DNA from: the human T2T-CHM13v2.0 reference genome, Homo sapiens
Length of the DNA: 64,000 bases
NCBI RefSeq assembly: GCF_009914755.1
Contig: NC_060934.1
Direction: 5' to 3' (one strand)
Position numbers and translations under genes: made by a program. Below the pieces are notes generated by a model. That model was not told where the DNA came from. It searched no databases and saw nothing but the letters and a program-made list of their open reading frames with translations. This document shows, one piece after another, positions 30,811-47,282 of the stretch (within the stretch, counting starts at the first letter, position 1; each line of letters begins with the position of its first letter).

Positions 30811-31464
30811 TCAACCTCCGAAACGACTTAAACTAAGACCGCACTAGTGTAAGTCAGTTATTACACATTGACCCAATAATTCTATCAACAGGATAAGTGA
30901 CCCTAGGGTTAAGAGTGCAATCCTATTCTAGCATCCATATCAACAACAGGGTTTACGACCTTGATGTTGGATCGGGACATCCTAAATGGTGTAGCCGCTA
31001 TTAAGGGATCATTTGTTCAATGATTAAAGTCCTTCGTGATCTGAGTTCAGACCAGAGCAATCCAGGTTGGTTTCTATCTATTTAGCATTTTTCCCAGTAT
31101 GAAAGGATATGAGAAACCGGGCCCACTTCACAAAGTGCCCTTACAAGACTAGGATTTTTACACAATATGCTATTGGTTACTGAGTGCTATTGTAGAACCG
31201 GTGCCCAGGTCTTATAAATTTCAGGTTCTTATGCTTTCCACTAAGCTGCATTGCCCTTCTCCTTTTTTAAAATTTTTTAAATTAATTTATTTATTTATTT
31301 ATTTATTTTTGGCTCCATCCTACAGACTGTCTGGGAGTTGTGGTACAGATATTTTCAGCCATATTTATGGTAGTTTCCCACCTCACTTGAGGTCTGTGGG
31401 TAGCAAAAGAGAAAAGTTAGCTTTTTTTGCCTTTTCCATGCCCTCCTGTTTCTTCACTAAACCA

Positions 31465-32150
31465 CATTCAATAAATGATCTAGGAGCTTTTACAATGCTC
31501 CATGTACAAGAACCTCACAGAGGAATTACACACAGTTCCTCCTTCCAGAGAGCTCTCCATATATTACGAGATCAATTTGGCAAAGAGAATTACAATAAAA
31601 TGCAGAAGTGCTGTGAGAGAGTTGTGAATGGAATGATGTGGAAACACATACACTTATATATTGAATTCTATCCTAAGAAGTTAGGAAAAGTTTTCAGTAA
31701 GAGTTGGCATTTGAACTGAATCTTACAGGAAGAAAGTATGGTAAGATAATTAGAGGAGGATGTGATAAAAACGAGGTAATCAAAGTCACATTGAAATGTG
31801 TGAATTTGGTGGAAAGTCACTAGTTGTTGAAGGAGAGAGGTAGACAGGAATAACGTAAAAGACAGGAGCCAGGAGAAGTAGATTTAAACTAGATCATGCA
31901 GAATTATATACAAGACTAGGATTTTTACACAATATGTTATAAGCAAGTACAAGTAAGTGATGTTAATTAGGTGGATTGAAATAATGGTTGCAAGATAGAG
32001 GTGATAGAGAAATTACAGATATATTATGACAATGATATAAAGAATAAAATTGAGTAAAAAAATAGAAAGCTGTTAAACATACCAGAGAAATTATTAAGGT
32101 TGAATTAAGGTAGCAGGAACAAAAAAGAATTTCATGTAAGAAAAATCTTC
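31465..32150 (-). mobile_element. L2 fragment (degenerate)
   Basis: cattcaataaatgat...cagttcctccttccagagagctc...ttgaactgaatctta purine-rich L2 signature. Confidence 0.55.
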
Positions 32151-32280
32151 AGATAGTATTGAAAAATTCATATACTGACTAGATACAAGAATAAGAGAGG
32201 TAGAAGAAAATAACTCTGAGTTTCCTTGAATGAAAGGCAGATGACAAACTGAATAATTAAGTTATAAAATACACACACAC

Positions 32281-33186
32281 GGGGGGAGGAGCCAAGATGG
32301 CCAAATAGGAACAGCTCCAGTCTACAGCTCCCAGCGTGAGCGACGCAGAAGACGGGTGATTTCTGCATTTCCATCTGAGGTACCAGGTTCATCTCACTAG
32401 GGAGTGCCAGACACGGCGCAGGTCAGTGGGTGCACGCGCCGTGCACCAGCCAAAGCAGGGCGAGGCGTTGCCTCACTCGGGAGGCGCAAGGGGTCAGGGA
32501 GTTCCCTTTCCTAGTCAAGGAAAGGGGTGACAGACAGCACCTGGAAAATCAGGTCACTCCCACCCGAATACTGCGCTTTTCCAACCGGCGTAAAAAACAG
32601 CACACCACGAGATTATACCCCGCACCTGGCTCGGAGGGTCCTACGCCCACGGAGTATCGCTGATTGCTAGCACAGCAGTCTGACATCAAACTGCAAGGCG
32701 GCAGCGAGGCTGGGGGAGGGGCGCCCACCATTGCCCAGGCTTGCTTAGGTAAAAAAAGCGGCTGGGAAGCTCGAACTGGGTGGAGCCCACCACAGCTCAA
32801 GGAGGCCTGCCTGCCTCTGTAGGCTCCACCTCTGGGGGCAGGGCACAGACAAACAAAAAGACAGCAGTAACCTCTGCAGACTTAAATGTCCCTGTCTGAC
32901 AGCTTTGAAGAGAGCAGTGGTTCTCCCAGCACGCAGCTGGAGATCTGAGAACAGGCAGACTGCCTCCTCAAGTGGGTCCCTGACCGCTGACCCCCGAGCA
33001 GCCTAACTGGGAGGCACCCCCCAGCAGGGGCACACTGACACCTCACACAGCAGGGTACTCCAACAGACCTGCAGCTGAGGGTCCTGTCTGTTAGAAGGAA
33101 AACTAACAAACAGAAAGGACACCCACACCAAAAACCCATCTGTACATCACCATCATCAAAGACCAAAAGTGGATAAAACCACAAAG
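32281..33186. promoter_or_regulatory. L1 5'UTR: internal sense promoter and antisense promoter
   Basis: Complete CpG-containing 5'UTR of a young L1; promoter function is established for the family, not shown for this copy. Confidence 0.75.
32549..32731 (-). pseudogene. L1 ORF0, truncated to 60 aa
   Basis: MVGAPPPASLPPCSLMSDCCASNQRYSVGVGPSEPG...RVGVT then TGA; the consensus continues to ~71 aa. Confidence 0.8.
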
Positions 33187-34209
33187 ATGGGGAAAAAACA
33201 GAACAGAAATACTGGAAACTCTAAAAAGCAGAGTGCCTCTCCACCTCCAAAGGAACACAGTTCCTCACCAGCAACGGAACAAAGCTGGATGGAGAATGAC
33301 TTTGATGAGCTGAGAGAAGAAGGCTTCAGACGATCAAATTACTCTGAGCTACGGGAGGAAATTCAAACGAAAGGCAAAGAAGTTGAGAACTTTGAAAAAA
33401 ATTTAGAAGAATGTATAACTAGAATAACCAATACAGAGAAGTGCTTAAAGGAGCTGATGGAGCTGAAAACCAAGGCTCGAGAACTACGTGAAGAATGCAG
33501 AAGCCTCAGGAGCCGAAGCAATCAACTGGAAGAAAGGGTATCAGCAATGGAAGATGAAATGAATGAAATGAAGCGAGAAGGGAAGTTTAGAGAAAAAAGA
33601 ATAAAAAGAAACAGAAACGAGCAAAGCCTCCAAGAAATATGGGACTATGTGAGATGACCAAATCTACGTCTGATTGGTGTACCTGAAAGTGATGGGGAGA
33701 ATGGAACCAAGTTGGAAAACACTCTGCAGGATATTATCCAGGAGAACTTCCCCAATCTAGCAAGGCAGGCCAACGTTCAGATTCAGGAAATACAGAGAAC
33801 GCCACAAAGATACTCCTGGAGAAGAGCAACTCCAAGACACATAATTGTCAGATTCACCAAAGTTGAAATGAAGGAAAAAATGTTAAGGGCAGCCAGAGAG
33901 AAAGGTCAGGTTACCCTCAAAGGGAAGCCCATCAGACTAACAGTGAATCTCTCGGCAGAAACCCTACAAGCCAGAAGAGAGTGGGGGCCAATATTCAACA
34001 TTCTTAAAGAAAAGAATTTTCAACCCAGAATTTCATATCCAGCCAAACTAAGCTTCATAATTGAAGGAGAAATAAAATACTTTACAGACAAGCAAATGCT
34101 GAGAGATTTTGTCACCACCAGGCCTGCCCTAAAAGAGCTCCTGAAGGAAGCGCTAAACATGGAAAGGAACAACTGGTACCAGCCGCTGCAAAATCATGCC
34201 AAAATGTAA
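33187..34209 (+). pseudogene. L1 ORF1p with one in-frame nonsense codon
   Basis: MGKKQNR...QNHAKM in a single frame; TGA at 33655-33657 replaces the Arg of VKRPNL; 6-bp agaaac duplication (RNRN). Confidence 0.93.
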
Positions 34210-34245
34210 AGACCATCGAGACTAGGAAGAAACTGCATCAACTAA

Positions 34246-38100
<3,855 letters not shown>

Positions 38101-38318
38101 ACAATGAGATCACATGGACACAGGAAGGGGAACATCACACTCTGGGGACTGTTGTGGGGTGGGGGGAGGGGGGAGGGATAGCATTGGGAGATATACCTAA
38201 TGCTAGATGACAAGTTAGTGGGTGCAGCGCACCAGCATGGCACATGTATACATATGTAACTAACCTGCACATTGTGCACATGTACCCTAAAACTTAAAGT
38301 ATAATAATAAAAAAAAAT

Positions 38319-38362
38319 ACACACACACACAGAGACAGAGAGAGAGAGAAAGAGAGAGAGAA
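38319..38362. repeat. (CA)n(GA)n microsatellite (L1 target site)
   Basis: Directly visible; overlaps the 3' TSD. Confidence 0.9.
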
Positions 38363-38635
38363 TATTTAATGTTATTTTATACTTTATAATTTGAGTCATT
38401 TATAAAAATATCCAAGCAAAAGCGCCTACTGGTCAAATGACAGAACCTGAGTCTAGATCTGAAAGAAACCTTTGGTTTGTAGATAAAGACGGGAGCGTCT
38501 ATGAGTGTAGAAGTAATAATGGATTACACATAGAGTACAAACTGGACTGATAAGAGAATAAAAACAATTACAAACTTCACAGAAGAGACACAGCGAGTGA
38601 CTATAATTTGTAAAACAATATAGACACTCCAAAAT

Positions 38636-38771
38636 TTGGAGGAAGGAAGGAAGAAAGGGAGGATGGAAGAGACAGGGAAGAGATAGGGAAGGGAAGGGGA
38701 AGGGAAGCAGAGGGAAGGGGAGGGGGAAGAGGGGAGAGGAGAGATAATAAAATACAGCAGGGAGAAGAGGC
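38636..38771. repeat. Polypurine GGAA/GGGAA/GGGGA low-complexity tract
   Basis: Directly visible. Confidence 0.9.
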
Positions 38772-38804
38772 AAAAAAATTAGAAATGATCTGTGTTCCAG
38801 GACT

Positions 38805-38893
38805 CAAGAAAGAGTCTCATCTCCTTTAACACATTTTCTGTACTTCATTGGGTAGGACAGAAAATGTGTTAAAGCAGATGAGACTCTTCCTTG
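38805..38893. repeat. Near-perfect inverted repeat (37-bp arms, 2 mismatches, 15-nt loop)
   Basis: Core aagagtctcatctcctttaacacattttctgt (38810-38841) pairs with acagaaaatgtgttaaagcagatgagactctt (38857-38888). Confidence 0.93.
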
Positions 38894-38969
38894 GCGAGGT
38901 AAAAATTAGATCTCTTTTCATATGAATTTACTTCAAGCTATAGATATCCATAAGTAATTGGTATATATC

Positions 38970-39400
38970 TGTTACCAAAACACCATGGGTTCTGTCTAGA
39001 TCCTGCCGCTCACCACACAGGAAGCCAATCACTGAGACAATGACTATTGCCAAGGAAGAAGACTTTAATCAGGTGCTGCAGCCGAGGAAATGGGAGATCA
39101 GTCTCAAATATACCTCCCTGATCGACTAAAACTGAGGGGTTTACATAGCAGAAAAGAAGTGTAACTATGTATGAGAATAAAAGGAACTCAGTGTGGGATA
39201 AGAAAGCAATCATGATGAAGAAAGGGCCTGGCATTTCATTATCTGGATGTGATGATCTGGTTTCAGTTCTTTGATATGTTCTGAGAGGCCTGGGGATCCT
39301 TTCCTGAGGAAGGAACTCAGATAAAACAAATGTAAGTTTCAAGCTTTAAGGCCAGAAGGGTTAATTTCTGTTAATCCAAAAGCGATTGTCTATGGGACTA
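38970..39400 (-). mobile_element. ERV solo LTR (LTR47-like, subfamily tentative)
   Basis: Starts tgttacc (LTR 3' ...ggtaaca); reverse attaaa signal; far end reverse-complements to tagtcccatagaca. Confidence 0.7.
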
Positions 39401-39410
39401 TACATATATG

Positions 39411-39459
<49 letters not shown>

Positions 39460-39470
39460 CATATACACAC
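39400..39470. repeat. (TA)n/(CA)n microsatellite
   Basis: Directly visible. Confidence 0.92.
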
Positions 39471-41494
39471 AATATTTGAGTACTTTTCTTTTTTTTTCTG
39501 GACTTGTGTCCCTTGCTAAATGTTTCACTATTGGCTATTCCAGAAGGTAAAAATGACATCTGACCTGATTGGGAAGAATTGTAATTCTTATATGTGCAAA
39601 AACAGATGAGAGAGGATTTGCACTTTCAGATAAGTGTAACCAATCTAAATGTATTGCATTATATACAAACCACACTACACCAGATGACAAGAGATGAGAA
39701 ATTCAGAGGCAGCTCCAGCATTACAAGTTGTGTGAAGATGGGCATGCACTATGCCTTCAAACCTTGGTCTTTATGTTCATAAATAGCTATAAATATACCT
39801 TCCTTAACATCTCATAGCTCTCATGGTAATCATGTGATGTCAAATATGAGAAAATTTTTAATAATCTGTAAAGTATTGTTAGGTACTCTTAGGTATTATG
39901 AAAAATTGTGCCCACTGTTCAGATCTTTATATCTCCCTGTGTACCTAACTATTGGAATCATATGTCAAAATGAAAGGCCTCTTCATTTATGTATAAAGAT
40001 ATTGTATCATCCAAATATTCAAGTTCATGTACACTGTCCATAACATAGTATATGCAAGAATAATATATATCAAAAATCTGAAAAAAATCATAATCGTGCT
40101 ATCTATTTAACATTAGGCTTATGCTCAGGCATATGCATAAAATGATAAGTAATTCATAAAATGAGTCAACACTTCATCTGGTACATAAGCTTGCAATTGC
40201 ACACAGAGATTTCATGTGTGGAATTGCTCTGAAAAGCACTGTTCTGTAAAGATAATATTTAGAAAATAAATATCTGATCATATATTGTTAACTGTAATAC
40301 AAAAGCAAGTAGAAATAGCTCCGTAAACAATACTGTCATAATAAGGAGCAAACTGTCATAATAAGGAGAAAAAATTGAAACTATTTTTAAAATAATAGGC
40401 AAAATAGAATGTGTTCTTCAAACCTTGTGGATTTTATACTGAAAACTTCCAGAGATATATCTTAGGTAATTATAAGACCAAGCACAACAACAACAACAAA
40501 ATCCTAACTTGAATCCATCAGTTGCAGATTTCATGGCTGAGTACATCAAGAAGAAGTTGCAAACTCTAAAAGCTGGAAGGCCAGTCAATATCAGGAACTC
40601 CTCAGAAGTGAATGAAAAGCAGTTTAAATTTGTTTAACAAAACCATGTTTTCAAACTAACTTTAATTTATGCATGAGGGCCATTAAATTTGTTCTTTTTA
40701 AAAAGGAAACTTCTTAATTGGAACTAATCATTCATTATTCACTGTGATACAGGTTATATACTCTTAGGTTCCATGTGATTATTCACATGTTCAGCTGACA
40801 GAAAGGAGACAAAGCTATTCTAATGACTTAGCTTTGCTTTGACTCATTGGTTTTTATCTCACTTTAACTTCCAATCTCGGTTACAAAGAGTGTTAAAACT
40901 GGAAGAAATAACATTTTGGTAGATGGTAAAGGATAAGTACGAGTCATTTCAAGTTGTTGAAGCTTTCATTAAATAAAGCAAGCTATTTGAAATCTTAAAG
41001 CTATTTAAATAAAGGGCTAAGACGTTTCTGTTTTATATACTTAAGAGCTTAAAAGATACTGTTGAAAATTTAACTGTTAATCTATTGTAGGGTGTGGTTA
41101 GACATTTATTTTGACAGTGCTCACTGAAAATTCAATTATACCCCCAGAGTCAAACTTGCCCGTCATCAAAATGTCTAAAGATCTGAGTGTTTATGGGGTA
41201 ACAACAAACCCCATACTAAACAGTTTGCCAGAAATCTGTCCTACAACATCTAAATGGAACAATTGGGTGGTTGTCTAAGGCACCTAAACTCAATATGATG
41301 TTTTAGCTAAAAAGAGTGAAATTATACCTAAGCACTTCATGCAAGTTACCAAAAGAGAAGATATTCTTTAATAAAAAAGTACATTTGTAGAATAAAAGAA
41401 TCTCAGTGTTGTAAGAAATATTTGAGATCATTTCAGTTAGGCTTTTCATTTCTTAAATTAGAAACTGAAGCTGAGATTAAACAGCTAATAAAAA

Positions 41495-42730
41495 GACAAA
41501 GTTGATCCATGACATTGGTTTGGGCGATGATTTCTTAGATATGACCAAAAATGCACATACAACAAATGAGATTACATCAAACTAAAGAGCTTCTATACAG
41601 CAAAGAAAACAATTAACAGAGTGAAGAGTGACAACTCACAGAATGAGAGAAAATATTTGCAAATCATAGGTCTGATAAAGAGTTAATATACAAAATATAC
41701 AAGGAATTCAACTCAATAACAATAAAACAAATAACCCTGTTAAAAAAATGGGCAAAAGACCTGGACAGATATTTCTCCAAGGAAGACATACAAATGGCCA
41801 GTAGAGATATTAAAAGGTGTTCAATATCACCATTGATTAGGAAATGCAAATTAAAATGAGATTTCTCCTTACTCATTTTAGAATGGCTATTACAAAGAAA
41901 AATGAAAGACAAGTGTTGGTGAGGATTTGAAGAAAAGAGAACACTTGTAAAATGTTGATGGGAATGTAAATTAGTGCAGCCATTATGGAAAACAGAAGGG
42001 AGGTTTCTCAAAAATAAAAAAAATATAATTACTATATGACCCAGAAATTCTACTTCTGGGTGTATACTCAAATGAGTTAAAATCAGTATGTTGACTAGAT
42101 ATCAACACTTCCATGTTCATTGCAGCATTATTCACAATAGCCAAGATATGGAAACAATCTAAGTGCATATCAAGGGATGAATGGATAAAGGAAATTATAT
42201 ATACATATTTATAGTGTATATACACAATGGAATACTATTCAGCTTTTAAAAAGGAGAAAATTCTGTCATTTGTGAAAACAAAGAAAAATCTAGAGGATCT
42301 TATGTAAAGTGAAATAAGTCAGGTACAGAAAGACAAATACATCATGATCTCACTTACACGTGAAAAGTAAAAAATGTCAGACTCATAGAAGTAAAGAGTA
42401 GAATGATGGTTACCAGAGGCTGGAGGAGGCGGGATAGACAGAAAAAGAAGATGTATTTGTCAAATGGTACAAGGTTCAGCTAGATAGGAGAAATAAGTCC
42501 TAGTGATCTATTGAGCAATAGGGTAATTATAGTTAATAATAATGTATTATATACTTCAAAATTGCTAAAAGAGTATATTTTAAGTGTTCTCACCATAAAG
42601 TAATGATAAATATGTGAGTTGAAAGATATGTTAATTCACCTGATGTAAATGTTCCACAATGTATACATGTATCTTAACATCAATATTGTATGTTATAAAT
42701 ACATATAATTAATTATCAAATAAAAAATTA
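41495..42730 (+). mobile_element. L1MA-type 5'-truncated LINE-1 (ORF2 end + 3'UTR)
   Basis: Degenerate ORF2 C-terminus and L1MA 3'UTR motifs (gagtagaatgatggttaccagaggctgg, gtgttctcacca, aataaa). Confidence 0.88.
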
Positions 42731-43424
42731 AGATGGAACTGAGCCAAGAATCCAAGACTCTGAATTTAGATTTTTCATTTTCTATTATGCCAAAGTGTTT
42801 CCTGAAAATTAAAATTGAATATGGCACGTCCAAAAGAATACGTCATAAGAAGACAGGAAAGGGGGGACTGCTGCATATACTCATATTTTTAGTCAGTTGT
42901 GTAAGATCTTATTAGAGGAAGAAAATCAGATATTTTAAGAAAATTCTTACAACTCCCATTATACTGAAATTTTATGGCAAACCTAAAACCTTCAAAATAT
43001 AGGGTTTTATTTAAAGTGAATCATATATTTGCAAAGTTTTTATTGAGATTATGAAAGCAAAATCTCTCAAAGTAGCAAAACATAAGTATATATTTTAGAC
43101 TGTACTGTGCAGAATAGCAGAATGGTACCAATGGCAAAGAAATTTTCAAAAGAAATAAAAATTATTGAGGTCTCATCCCAGCTCTACTAATCTATGTCTT
43201 AGCAACCTAGTGTAATTCCTACAAATTCTGAGCATTGCCTTTAATGTATCTGCATGGTTCCCACATCATTTCATAAACTTCAAATACTCACACTTTATAA
43301 TTGAAACAATATACAAACTATATTATTAAATAAGCTATGGTATGATATTCTCAATCTACCCTATAAGGATACTATCTTCCTGTCAGAAAAGTTGAGACTC
43401 TCCAATACATATTTACTAGCCAGA

Positions 43425-43518
43425 TTTTTTTTTTTTTTTTTTTTTTTTGAGACGGAATCTCTCTCTGTCGCCCAGGCTGGAGTGCAGTGGCACAATCTCG
43501 GCTCACTGCAAGCTCTCC
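43425..43518 (-). mobile_element. Severely 5'-truncated AluY-like element
   Basis: Poly-T then ~70 bp of right arm ending caagctctcc; TSD ccagat at 43420-43425 and 43519-43524. Confidence 0.88.
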
Positions 43519-44257
43519 CCAGATCTTAATTGTGGAATCTCCAGACAGTGTCCAGTCAGAAATCCATTATTAGTTTTGCCTCATGTTCCCTAACCACCTT
43601 CTCTTTACCTTCAATCTTAAGCCCCAAAATGAAAGTTATTATTCTTGGCTCAATTATCCAAATTCTTTGAAGGGAACTGGTGACACTATAGCCTATCTTT
43701 ACCTGCCGCCTTGTGATCCAGGCTTCCTAGGTATCTGTGAATATTCACATTAGGTTACCTGGACTCCATAGAGGCAGCACCAACAAAAAACATAATTGGG
43801 ATATACACCACTTTTAGACTTTCAAATACATGCCCCACCTTATAATATGTGAACTGATTATTCACTTCTAGACATTCAACTTTCAAACAGTTATGCTCTG
43901 TATTAAACATCAACATCCTCCTTCCCTTTCATTGAAAGGACACCGGGAAAACAAAAAGATGCAAGGGAAAGTTCACACATAAGGATAATCATTTGTGATA
44001 ATGGTGACAATGATCCCTATTTCTTTTTCTGCTCTTATGAATTTGCAAATGTCCTACAAACTAAGTGTATTAAATGAATCTGTGAAAGTTCATCTAAGTC
44101 CCTAGTATTATTTTTTTCTTACTCTCTAGAAAGTCATAGCCTCGTAGCTCAAAGCCAAATAGAAAAGATGCAAATCATTCGTAGGACAAGGGTTGATGCA
44201 GCTTTCAATTACTGAATACATTTTTAGCCATTTAAAACTAAAAGAAAAGTAATGTCG

Positions 44258-44576
<319 letters not shown>

Positions 44577-45429
44577 TTACTTTAGGTTTGAAAAGTGAGA
44601 TATATATCACTTAACAGTCAGGAAGCGTGTAGTAAACTCAATCTCTGAACCGACATTACCTAAAACAGAGATGTTCGTTTTCTTATACTCATCTCTAAAA
44701 TAGAGGTAGACAGAGAAAGTGCTGCTTTTTTAGAGATTGTAATGAATTCAAACATATCCATTAATATTATAGCAGTTATTTTGGTTTCACAGTGAAACAT
44801 AAAAAGTTCTATCTTATTGGAAAGAAAACCAAGTAGCTACCTAAGTACTTGATGAGAAGGAATTTGTTCTACTGTTTTAAGTGCATGAGGGATAAAGCAA
44901 GACTTAGAAATATTTTTGTTAGACCGTTTCATTTTAATAGTATTTTCTGTTATAACAGAAATGACCTACAGTAAAATAATTCAAAATACCCTTCCTTCTG
45001 AAGGTGATTTCCACATAAAATTGTAACATTACTATGATCTAAATTTAAATAAAATTTTCTATTGATGTTAAAAGTTTGATAATACACAGTTTGTTAAAGT
45101 GGTTTGGTCACTATTTGGGTATGATCAACTTCAAACCATAGGTGTTTAAATGAACCAAAGTCTTTGGTTTATTTCTATAGCTTTTTGTCTAATTTTATTA
45201 ATAACTAGTATACCAGTCATTCATATACAGTCATAACTGGCCAACCAAGGTTTACTTGGTAGGAGGGTGACAGTTTACCCTTTAATACCACCTAATTAAA
45301 ATACACAAAATGTTCTACACAAATAACAGCAAATTGTTTATTTCTAAGAACATAATTTTCCTTTTATAGGAAGCTCTCAACATTAATTTGGAGCCACATT
45401 TTAATTTTATAATGTAATCATTCAGTAAA

Positions 45430-46385
45430 TGGTCATTAGATATTGGGTTATTTGGAAAATTGTAAAAAATCAGACTTCTGACCATGTCCTTTAAAATAAT
45501 TAACTTAGCTGGAAACAGTAAAGCAAGACTTAAAAATACAAATCATAACATGAAAATTCAAATGATTGTATACTAAAACAATTGTATGCAAATAATTAAG
45601 AACAGTGACTATAATAAAAAAGTTTAATAGATTTGACAAACATTTAAAGAATATAACTTACATATATGAAAATAAGACATCAAAACTTGAATTGAAGCTG
45701 TCAAACTGTGAAAAACAGTAGTAAACAATAAAAATCACTTACTCATTGGAAACACTGCAAAATGTCATTAAATCATTTCAGAAATGAAGGTACATTAATG
45801 AAAAATAATCATAGTTTTTAACTCAGTCTCACCTCACCTTTAAGAAACACACAGTATAAAACAGCAATAAATGGGATAATTTATATTACTGCAACAAAAT
45901 GCAAATATATATATTGTATACGAGCACCCTCTCTTCAATGTATACTTTAACCCAATAGCTTTCTACCACTAGAAATTTATCAGAAGAAAATAATGGTGGC
46001 TTAATACCAGCACTATAATACCAGCCCTCTGATAGGCTGAGGCAATAAGGTCAATTGAGTCTAGGAGTTCCAGATCAGCCTGGGCAACATAGTGGGATTC
46101 TGCTTCTACCAAAAAATAAAAATAAAAAATAAAAAATGCCAGTCATAGTGGCTGGCACCTGAATCTTTGCTGCTTGGGAGACTCATATGAACCTAAGCTG
46201 ATTTGAGCAGGAATATAATTTCAGTCCAGGAGGTTGAGTCTGCAGTGAGCTATGATCATTCCATCGCTGCAGCCTGGGCGACAGAGCAAGACCCTGTCAC
46301 ATACACAAAAGAAAATAATTCAGAATGTGCACAAAAATGTATAAAGATGTTTCTGAAAGTTGCATTTGTAATACTGCAAAATCAA
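45430..46385 (+). mobile_element. Very old L1M fragment interrupted by AluJ
   Basis: A-rich degenerate ORF2 end (tttaacccaatagc...ctagaaatttatc...aaagatgttt...gcatttgtaata) continues across the Alu. Confidence 0.55.
45995..46308 (+). mobile_element. Diverged AluJ
   Basis: ctgcagtgagctatgatc J diagnostic; TSD aagaaaataat at 45984-45994 and 46309-46319. Confidence 0.88.
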
Positions 46386-47212
46386 TGCCACATTGAGACA
46401 GAGGTACCAAGATTAAGCTGGAGTCACCACTGACAATTGAAATCTGGAGTCAGAATGCTGTATCTAAGTGGGACAACAGTTTCTTTCCTGCAGCCCACCA
46501 TTACCATGCAGCAAAGTTGCTCTATTACTTCTGAATTTTCCACATTTTTAAAGAAAAGCAGAAAATCCAGTTTCTAAGACAAAAATCAAGTTACAAGTAT
46601 TGACAGAAAAATCACTTTTAAATAATTGTAAACAGTAACAACACACTTTAACAGTAAATCTAATTCAGCCTGATACCAGGCTGTACCAATAGATACAATG
46701 AAACTGCATAATATTGGTAAAACAATTGTATGGTAGAAAAATACTGGCATAAAAATGTTCATAGCAAATTCATAAATGGAAAAAGTAGTCTGTTTTATTT
46801 AAATAAAAAGGAGCTAGATGAATTGCAGACAACCATGTATTAATAGTTACATCTTTCAATTTTAGAATTAATATACTTTATTTTTTGAGTTTTCATTATT
46901 GTGATGTATTATGCTGAAATTAGCAAAAAAAAACAAAAAGAGTAACTCTCTGAGTGATACAGAAATTTGTAATGAGAAATAAGGTGTGTCCCTAACAAAC
47001 CCACCTATGTGTCAGTTTGAAGGTAGCAAGAAAATTTTTATCACAGTCAGGGAGAATGGGAACCTGTGATATGTGGCAGTGACATATTGATAACACTGTG
47101 CACTGAGGTGACTTGAGAAGTATTTGTGTACCTAACGATTTCCAGTGTCATAAAACATAGGTAAGAACACTGAATATTAGCACTGGTTGATATTTGGTCT
47201 CTACAATAGTGA

Positions 47213-47282
47213 GTATGGTGGTTACTTCTAGATGTCAACTTGAATAGACTAAGTGTTGCCTAGATAACTAGTAAAACCTATT
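47213..47282 (+). mobile_element. MLT2 LTR 5' fragment
   Basis: tggtggttacttctagatgtcaacttgaatagactaag...gcctagataactagtaaaac matches the MLT2 start. Confidence 0.7.

Noticed and set aside
31201-31719. 172-aa ORF after the NUMT
   Set aside because: Non-ATG start, crosses (TTTA)n and L2-derived sequence, no domain-like features.
33712-34209. 165-aa ORF as a separate gene
   Set aside because: C-terminal half of L1 ORF1 downstream of the nonsense codon.
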